NCBI GenBank assembly: GCA_041659765.1
Contig: JBAZXR010000001.1
Span: forward strand, 44,537-108,536
DNA length: 64,000 nucleotides
Reading direction: 5' to 3'
DNA from: Patescibacteria group bacterium
Lineage (GTDB): Bacteria; Patescibacteriota; Patescibacteriia; UBA9934
Notes under the pieces: generated by a model
Seen by the model: the letters and a program-made list of their open reading frames with translations, nothing else
What the model was told of the DNA's origin: nothing
The model's database searches: none
Shown: piece by piece, positions 58,192-64,000 of the stretch
Layout of the letters: each line of letters opens with the position of its first letter
Numbering within the stretch: position 1 is the stretch's first letter
Program-made: the position numbers and the translations under genes

Positions 58192-59466
58192 TTGAACGGT
58201 ATGAACGTATTCCTGCGGATCCTGAAGACGAAAGAGCTCCGGAACGGTCTGCTCTTCATGCTCCTCTGTGTCACGGTATTCCGTATTGCCGCGCACATTC
58301 CGGTGCCGGGGATTGATTCGTCCGGTCTTGAATCTCTTCTGGCAGGAAACCAGTTTCTTGGGCTTTTGAACGTTTTTTCCGGCGGCACGCTGACGAGCTT
58401 TTCGATCGTGGCGCTTGGTGTTGGTCCCTATATCACGGCATCCATCATTTTCCAGCTGCTCGGAATGATTTTTCCGTCTGTAGAGGAAATGCAACAGGAA
58501 GAACAGGGTAGACAGAAGATTAACCGCTGGACGCGTTTGCTGACGGTTCCGCTTTCGTTCCTTCAGGGCTACAGCATCCTGAAGCTTCTTCAGCAGTCCA
58601 GCGCATCGCTCGGAACTCAGCTGACCTTCTCTACCATGGATTATTTGCTCGCCATGCTTTCCATGATGGCTGGGACGATTTTTCTTATGTGGTTGGGGGA
58701 GCTTATCAGCGAGCGCAAGATGGGGAACGGTCTTTCGATCATGATTTTCTCCGGTATTATTGCTTCCATGCCAGGTTTTGTGGCGAAATCGTTTGCGGCG
58801 AGCACCAGCGCGGACACGACGAATATTATTCTCTTCGTGGCGTTGACGCTCGTGACGGTTATTGGCGTTGTCTACGTGAGCGAGGCCGTGCGTAACTTGC
58901 CGGTGCAATATGCCCGCGGTGGTGGCGCAGGTTCAACCGTGAACTCGTCCTTGCCACTCCGTATCAACATGGGCGGTATGATTCCTATTTTGTTTGCCCT
59001 CTCCTTGATTGTGCTTCCTCCGCTTGTGGCGCAGTTCTTTGTGAATGCTCGAACGGAGATCATACAGCAGATTGCTACACAGACCGTCACGCTTTTTGGG
59101 AACAATTTGTTCTACGGAGTTGTTTACTTCATTCTAGTGTTTTCCTTCACCTTCTTCTATTCATCGGTGGTGTTTAAGCCAGAGCAGGTGGCCGAGAACC
59201 TCCAGAAGCAGGGTGGATTCATCCCCGGTGTTCGGCCCGGAGAGCAGACGGCTAAGTATCTCCAGTGGGTCACTAATCGTCTCTTGCTGATTGGCGCGCT
59301 TTTCTTGAGCATAATCGCGGTTCTCCCAGTCTTCATGCAGGAAATCACCGGTACTCAGAATCTGGTGGTTGGCGGTTCGTCCGTCATCATCGTTGTGTCT
59401 GTCATTGTCGATATGGTGAAACAGGTTGAGGCTCAGCTGACCATGCGTAGCTACGACAACAAGTAA
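58192..59466 (+). CDS. secY: Preprotein translocase subunit SecY
   Basis: 424 aa; 10 TM helices; SecY signature. Confidence 0.95.
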   Translation: MNGMNVFLRILKTKELRNGLLFMLLCVTVFRIAAHIPVPGIDSSGLESLLAGNQFLGLLNVFSGGTLTSFSIVALGVGPYITASIIFQLLGMIFPSVEEMQQEEQGRQKINRWTRLLTVPLSFLQGYSILKLLQQSSASLGTQLTFSTMDYLLAMLSMMAGTIFLMWLGELISERKMGNGLSIMIFSGIIASMPGFVAKSFAASTSADTTNIILFVALTLVTVIGVVYVSEAVRNLPVQYARGGGAGSTVNSSLPLRINMGGMIPILFALSLIVLPPLVAQFFVNARTEIIQQIATQTVTLFGNNLFYGVVYFILVFSFTFFYSSVVFKPEQVAENLQKQGGFIPGVRPGEQTAKYLQWVTNRLLLIGALFLSIIAVLPVFMQEITGTQNLVVGGSSVIIVVSVIVDMVKQVEAQLTMRSYDNK

Positions 59467-59472
59467 TATGGA

Positions 59473-59501
59473 AGCAGCCCTTCAGGGCTGTTTTCTTTTT
59501 T
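59473..59501 (+). terminator. Intrinsic terminator after secY
   Basis: AGCAGCCC-TTCA-GGGCTGTT followed by TTCTTTTTT. Confidence 0.65.
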
Positions 59502-59532
59502 ACTATTAGCAGTTATCATCCCCCAGTAGCTT

Positions 59533-60084
59533 ATGCATAGAATATTCATCTTGGGGCCGCAGGGGAGTGGGAAGGGGACGCAGGCCAAGAAATTGTCAGC
59601 CTTCCTCGGGATACCGTACCTATCCATGGGCGATCTTTTGAGAGAAGAGGCAAAGGGAGAGGGCGAGCTTTCTCAAAAGGTGCGGGCAATCGTGGAGACT
59701 GGTAGTTTAGTATCGGACGTTGTGGCTGAAGCAGTACTCAGGAAGCGTTTGGCAGAGCCGGATGTGGCGAATGGATATATTTTGGACGGCTTCCCGCGGA
59801 ACTTTGAACAGATGAAGGCGTTTGTGGGATTTGATCAACCAACAGCAGTTATCGTGATCGACATACCAAAGCGTGAATCACGGGCTCGCTTACAGAACCG
59901 AGCAATCACGGAAGGCCGCACGGATGACACACCAGAGGTCATCGAGAAACGACTCGGCATCTATAGTACAGATACCGTTCCGATTATTGAGGAATACAAG
60001 AAGCTTGGTGTCGTGCGAGAAGTTGACGGGATGGGAACCATTGAAGAAGTAGCTGAGAGAATTCAACGGCTTTTTGTTTTATAG
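59533..60084 (+). CDS. adk: Adenylate kinase
   Basis: GPQGSGKGTQA P-loop; GYILDGFPRN. Confidence 0.9.
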   Translation: MHRIFILGPQGSGKGTQAKKLSAFLGIPYLSMGDLLREEAKGEGELSQKVRAIVETGSLVSDVVAEAVLRKRLAEPDVANGYILDGFPRNFEQMKAFVGFDQPTAVIVIDIPKRESRARLQNRAITEGRTDDTPEVIEKRLGIYSTDTVPIIEEYKKLGVVREVDGMGTIEEVAERIQRLFVL

Positions 60085-60087
60085 GGT

Positions 60088-60156
60088 CTACGAATGTTCT
60101 CGTAAAAATTTGGAGTCGGGTTACCTCCTAACAAATTTTTCCGAAAACATTCTTCG
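60088..60156. repeat. Intergenic hairpin repeat copy 5 (loop GGAGTCGGGTTACCTCCTAACA)
   Basis: Arms CGAATGTTCTCGTAAAAATTT / AAATTTTTCCGAAAACATTC (2 mismatches); lies between adk and map. Confidence 0.8.
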
Positions 60157-60174
60157 CCCCTAACCAATACCAAT

Positions 60175-60957
60175 ATGGCGCTAATCAAAACTGCAGAAGA
60201 AATCCAGGCGATGCGTGAGGGCGGGGCGTTGCTATCAAAGGCGCTTCAGGCCGCGGTAGACATTGTGAAGCCGGGCGTGACGATGCGACAGCTCGACGAT
60301 ATTGCTCGAAAGACTATTGAAGATGGTGGCGGAAAACCGTCATTCTTGGGGTATAAAGGCGGTAACAAAATCCCGTTCCCTTCGACTGTTTGCATCTCGG
60401 TTAATGAAGAAGTTGTCCACGGGGTAGGCTCGCGCGAGATAGTGCTAAATGAAGGCGACATTGTCGGACTCGACATTGGCTGTTGGTATAAAGACATGTG
60501 TACAGATATGGCTGTGACGGTACCGGTTGGAAATATTTCTAAGGAACTCAAGGAGCTTCTCCATGTTACTCGAGATTCAATGCGTGCCGGTGTTGAAGCA
60601 GCTAAGGTTGGCGGAGTAGTGCGTGACATCAGCCAGGCTGTTGAAGGCGCGGTGAACCAAAAGAAGTATGGAATTGTTAAGGCGTTGGTCGGCCATGGCG
60701 TAGGACATGCGGTACATGAATCGCCACACGTGCCGAATTACGTCGATAGCTCCTTTCCGAAGACGGCGCTTAAAGAAGGAATGTGTTTGGCTATTGAGCC
60801 TATGTTGACGCTCGGGACTGATGACGTAGTTACCGCGAAAGATGGTTGGACGATTGTTACCGCAGACAATTCACTCGCTGCGCATTTTGAGGTGACCATC
60901 GCACTGCTTCCAGGCGGCCCAGAAGTATTGACGCCAGAGCCTACCGTCAAGATCTAA
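60175..60957 (+). CDS. map: Methionine aminopeptidase type I
   Basis: 260 aa; metal-binding D, D, H, E, E residues in the pita-bread fold. Confidence 0.9.
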   Translation: MALIKTAEEIQAMREGGALLSKALQAAVDIVKPGVTMRQLDDIARKTIEDGGGKPSFLGYKGGNKIPFPSTVCISVNEEVVHGVGSREIVLNEGDIVGLDIGCWYKDMCTDMAVTVPVGNISKELKELLHVTRDSMRAGVEAAKVGGVVRDISQAVEGAVNQKKYGIVKALVGHGVGHAVHESPHVPNYVDSSFPKTALKEGMCLAIEPMLTLGTDDVVTAKDGWTIVTADNSLAAHFEVTIALLPGGPEVLTPEPTVKI

Positions 60958-60961
60958 AAAA

Positions 60962-61325
60962 GAAGAGGTCCCTTCGGGGTTTAAACCCGAAGGGACCTGA
61001 GATGCACCCTATCCTGCGCTGGCCAGCGTCCAAGATTTCTACGATATCTATTCGTCCCCATCCCATCGAATTGGCACCCGATGGACGTGTGGACGGAGAT
61101 GATCCTGCGGGCCCGGGTGTGGGGGACCCATCCTCTTTATGAGATTTTGAGCTGAGTACCGGCGGCACTCGAAGCTGGCCGATCTCGACCCCTGTTGTCT
61201 TTGCGTTAAGACTGACAGGAGCTCGCCTCCACGGGGGATGTCCGTGTTTTTTCCCTTGCAATCACTCCGACTCTCCATGCGGGAACCAGGATTGACTGCA
61301 AATTGAGGCATTCACGATATGGTGA
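60962..61325 (-). ncRNA. Candidate unassigned transcript (~360 nt, GC-rich): TTGACA-17-TAGCAT promoter at 61358-61330, terminated by the 60967-60997 hairpin; identity unknown
   Basis: Promoter and terminator read directly. A 104-aa TTG-initiated ORF with GGAG upstream overlaps it but reads through the terminator stem and has P/G/S/R-biased composition. No RNase P or tmRNA signature found by eye. Confidence 0.3.
60967..60997. terminator. Perfect 12-bp GC-rich hairpin (GGTCCCTTCGGG/CCCGAAGGGACC); U-tract on the minus strand, A-tract on the plus strand
   Basis: Read directly; functions as a terminator for minus-strand transcription coming from about 61320. Confidence 0.6.
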
Positions 61326-61378
61326 CAATATGCTAGCATTAGGCGAGAGTTTTGTCAATAAAATCGCTAATATTCGCT

Positions 61379-61585
61379 ATGCACGAGCGTAAAGAGATCC
61401 ATGAGGCCTTTCTTCGCCAGGCCCTGCAGGCTATGGGAGTAGAAGACGCGGTCTATGTGACAGAGAATAGTTATGATGGCGGATATGAGATTCGGGTAGG
61501 TTCTTGTGACTTTTTTGTAGATTACGAGACGGCAGACGAAGAAGACGCGGAGTATATTAAGAAGCAACTGAACTTATGTTCATAA
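61379..61585 (+). CDS. Small hypothetical acidic protein (68 aa)
   Basis: ATG 7 nt after a TAATAT box (leaderless pattern). Confidence 0.4.
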   Translation: MHERKEIHEAFLRQALQAMGVEDAVYVTENSYDGGYEIRVGSCDFFVDYETADEEDAEYIKKQLNLCS

Positions 61586-62028
61586 AAAAAGAAGATGCAA
61601 CTGGGTTAGTAATTTTGTTCGTGATGATGGTGATAATCGCCACTTTTTTTGTGCTTGCGCCAAACGCGCCGGAGATCAGCTATAGACCCGTGGAGGAAAC
61701 AGGAAGCGCCTTAATCGTCGTTGACCCGACGCTCGATAACCTAGGCGAGATTCACGTGAGCGCCACGGTGAAGACGCCTGGGTTTATTACGTTCCATGAG
61801 GCAATCGGCCAGGCGCCGGGAGGAGTAGTTGGCGTTTCAGAATACTTGCAACCTGGGGAGTATAAAGATTTGGTTATTACGCCTTTAAGACCGCTCGAAA
61901 GGGACAATCAATACTTCGCTCTGATGTTTAAGGATGGAGGTAATCATAAATATGATCTTGGTGTAGACCTTCCTATAATGAGCAATGGGGCAGTGATTAA
62001 AGTTCACTTCATAACTCCCGCGATGTGA
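61576..62028 (+). CDS. Membrane-anchored hypothetical protein
   Basis: 150 aa; N-terminal TM (LVILFVMMVIIATFFVLA); overlaps neighbouring genes in operon fashion. Confidence 0.5.
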   Translation: MFIKKEDATGLVILFVMMVIIATFFVLAPNAPEISYRPVEETGSALIVVDPTLDNLGEIHVSATVKTPGFITFHEAIGQAPGGVVGVSEYLQPGEYKDLVITPLRPLERDNQYFALMFKDGGNHKYDLGVDLPIMSNGAVIKVHFITPAM

Positions 62029-62435
62029 AATATCTCGGCGTAGATTTTGGATTTAAGAAAATTGGGCTCGCGTTAGGGGATGATGGCGCTCGCGTGGCCG
62101 TTCCTTTTAGCGTCATCTTTGGCGGTCTCAAGGAGCTGCTCGAAGTTATTAAGGAGGAGCAGATTGAGGCCTTGGTGATCGGACTCGCGGTCCCAGAGGC
62201 TCATCAAAGCCAGACGCAGCTTGAGCGCACGTTAGCCTTTGCCGAAAAACTTAGAGCCGAGAGCGGACTCCAGGTACATGTGGTTGATGAACAATTTACG
62301 TCAACGGAGGCACGACGCGTGCAGAAAGAGACAGGAACTAAGGCGGATGAAGACGCACTCGCGGCCATGTTGATCCTGCAGGCGTATTTTGACGAAGGCT
62401 CCATGGGCGTAGAGCAGTTCTCCGTGAAGCCGTAA
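62025..62435 (+). CDS. ruvX: Holliday-junction resolvase-like YqgF/RuvX
   Basis: MKYLGVDFGFKKIGLALGDD...; RNase H-like fold motif. Confidence 0.8.
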   Translation: MKYLGVDFGFKKIGLALGDDGARVAVPFSVIFGGLKELLEVIKEEQIEALVIGLAVPEAHQSQTQLERTLAFAEKLRAESGLQVHVVDEQFTSTEARRVQKETGTKADEDALAAMLILQAYFDEGSMGVEQFSVKP

Positions 62436-62441
62436 AACCCT

Positions 62442-63221
62442 ATGTGGTCGTCCCTCAAGACCGAAGCCATGATTCTGACCATCTCGCCTTTTCGGGAGGC
62501 GGATAGGCGCTATTCGGCGTTGACTCGGGACCATGGCAAGATTGAGTTCATTGGCCGGGGCGCGCGGAAGGGGAAGGCTAAAGTAGCACCACATCTTGAT
62601 CCCTTTGCGGTTATCACCCTTGAGATTATTAAGGGCCAGCGGGGCATGACGGTGATTGGGGCTGAACGAGCGCATGCCTTCCGTGAGCTCGCAGGATCGC
62701 TCGACGGCCGAATGCTAGCTCATGCCGCGGGCGCGTTGTTAGAAAAAACAGTTCAGCAGGATTTACCAGACCTTGAGCTTTACGAAGAGTATAAAGCGTT
62801 GCTCCAGTTTTTGAATGATACGAGCGCGCTTTCGCCCATGCGTACAACTTTTGTGCTGGGCGGGTTTCTTTTGCGTCTTCTTTCGATGCTCGGTTACGAG
62901 GTTGAGCTGAACTCGTGTCTGGCATGCAAGGGCGACATTCTTCCGTTGTCATTTCGCTGGCATGATGGCCGGGGCGGACTTGTCTGTACTGGCTGTACGT
63001 TGGCCGAGCCTCAGGAATGGGTGGCGGCGCGAGTTTTGGAAGAGGAGATCGTGACCCTAATGCGTTTTGCACGCGAAGCTCAGTATTCAGACTATGTGCG
63101 GCCAGCGCTTAAGGCAGAGCATGTCAATGCGTTTGCCGCGTGCGTGCATGACCTCATGCGCCACCATGTTCCTGGCTATCAAATGGACGAGCCGTTTTGG
63201 AGTTTGCTTTTTCTTTATTAA
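62442..63221 (+). CDS. recO: DNA repair protein RecO
   Basis: 259 aa; N-terminal OB fold; zinc-binding CLAC...CTGC. Confidence 0.8.
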   Translation: MWSSLKTEAMILTISPFREADRRYSALTRDHGKIEFIGRGARKGKAKVAPHLDPFAVITLEIIKGQRGMTVIGAERAHAFRELAGSLDGRMLAHAAGALLEKTVQQDLPDLELYEEYKALLQFLNDTSALSPMRTTFVLGGFLLRLLSMLGYEVELNSCLACKGDILPLSFRWHDGRGGLVCTGCTLAEPQEWVAARVLEEEIVTLMRFAREAQYSDYVRPALKAEHVNAFAACVHDLMRHHVPGYQMDEPFWSLLFLY

Positions 63222-63283
63222 AATGGCGAACCGCTCCTCCGACGAATCAGAGGAGCGGTACAGAACGGACGACTGCGGCGTGA

Positions 63284-63643
63284 TTAGCCGCGGTGACGGA
63301 GCTCGATCATGAGCGAGCGAATACGAACCTCCTGGATGATGTGGATGTCTTCGCCCTGAAGGAGACGGCGAACCGCACGACGGAACTGGCTGAGTGCCAG
63401 CTTGTTGTCGCGGTTTTCCACATCTATCTTCACGATGCCTTCTACTTCGAGTAACGCGAACGCTTCGCGATCAGCCTGGGTGACTTCCTCTGGCTTGACC
63501 CAAAGGACGCGATTAGCGCTCTTCACGATCTCAATGATTTTCTGGAGGAGCTTGCACGCCTCCATGATCTCCTCGTGGTTGATGACGGCGCTATCGCCGG
63601 AGTGGATTTCTGCGGTCGCGGGGAGCGACGTGTCGAGGTTCAT
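63284..63643 (-). CDS. Hypothetical protein (119 aa)
   Basis: ATG (MNLDTSL) 10 nt after AGGAG; no family recognised. Confidence 0.5.
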   Translation of the reverse strand: MNLDTSLPATAEIHSGDSAVINHEEIMEACKLLQKIIEIVKSANRVLWVKPEEVTQADREAFALLEVEGIVKIDVENRDNKLALSQFRRAVRRLLQGEDIHIIQEVRIRSLMIELRHRG

Positions 63644-63851
63644 CAAGGCGGGACTCCTGCTAAAAGGCCTTTTTAACATATCACGCGTGGCGTTTTCCGC
63701 GAATATTTATCCACTCTAGCCAGGTCGTTCGCGAAACGACGTGGCTTGCAGGAAAAAAATGATTGCGCTATGGTTTCTTGGTAACTGCTCGCGACTGACA
63801 ACCGCGATGGGCTAAAACTTCATAAAAAGTACAAAGCAAGGTGGCACCGCG

Positions 63852-63907
63852 GAGTGAAATTCGCCCTTAGCACATAATTCTTTAACGGAATTGTGTTGTG
63901 AGGGCGA
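63852..63907 (+). promoter_or_regulatory. 11-bp stem hairpin (AAATTCGCCCT...AGGGCGAATTT) with 34-nt loop, 40 nt upstream of a partial ORF
   Basis: Read directly; followed by TTTTGTTCTCC; could be a leader structure or terminator. Confidence 0.3.
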
Positions 63908-63946
63908 ATTTTTGTTCTCCCTCGACACAGAAATTTTATGCAACGT

Positions 63947-64000
63947 ATTCTTACATCAGAGACGGTTGGAAAGATTGGTGAAACAGTGACCGTGGCAGGC
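63947..64000 (+). CDS. Partial ORF (N-terminus MQRILTSETVGKIGETVTVAG), truncated by the window end
   Basis: ATG-initiated frame open to the window edge; identity not determinable from 18 residues. Confidence 0.3.
   Translation, partial: MLTSETVGKIGETVTVAG

Noticed and set aside
60947-61311. Minus-strand ORFs of 104 aa (60947-61261) and 87 aa (61048-61311)
   Set aside because: The 104-aa frame reads through the 12-bp GC hairpin terminator and into the end of map. Composition is P/G/S/R-rich. Treated as part of an unassigned transcript rather than a confident CDS.

Overview
This 64 kb window looks like a standard-genetic-code, small-genome bacterium. It resembles a CPR/Patescibacteria (Saccharibacteria-like) lineage, but that is an inference from gene order and content, not a database hit. 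Background GC is about 45-50%, and there is no rpmD between rpsE and rplO.

The core is housekeeping. It includes nusB-rnc, two tRNAs, proS, hup, rny-truB, a NUDIX hydrolase, mutM, infB-trxA, trxB, rarA, an rsmB-like gene, gdh, leuS-comEC, ndk, murA, and a site-2 protease. It also carries a nearly complete str/S10/spc ribosomal block (rpsL-rpsG-fusA, tuf, rpsJ through rplO, secY-adk-map), then ruvX and recO.

The accessory content that stands out:
- An ~12.8 kb co-directional minus-strand operon of secreted or anchored surface proteins (13633-26444). It has two cohesin-like anchored proteins, a dockerin-bearing protein, a DUF916-like protein, two paralogous Thr/Ala/Gly-rich secreted proteins, a small Pro-rich membrane protein, and a 2064-aa giant adhesin with two near-identical internal 390-bp repeats. 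A 1231-aa secreted beta-propeller/Calx-like protein sits nearby.
- Five copies of a ~60-80 bp intergenic hairpin repeat whose loop carries a conserved anti-SD/SD-like 19-mer (GAGTCGGATTACCTCCTAA).
- Several GC-rich (~60%) islands with orphan genes or unassigned structured DNA. One of them splits fusA from tuf.
- A 308-bp structured spacer between rpsJ and rplC, a 22-bp palindrome shared between an intergenic hairpin and the leuS coding sequence, and a recurrent leaderless-promoter architecture.

No CRISPR array, transposase or rRNA gene was seen.
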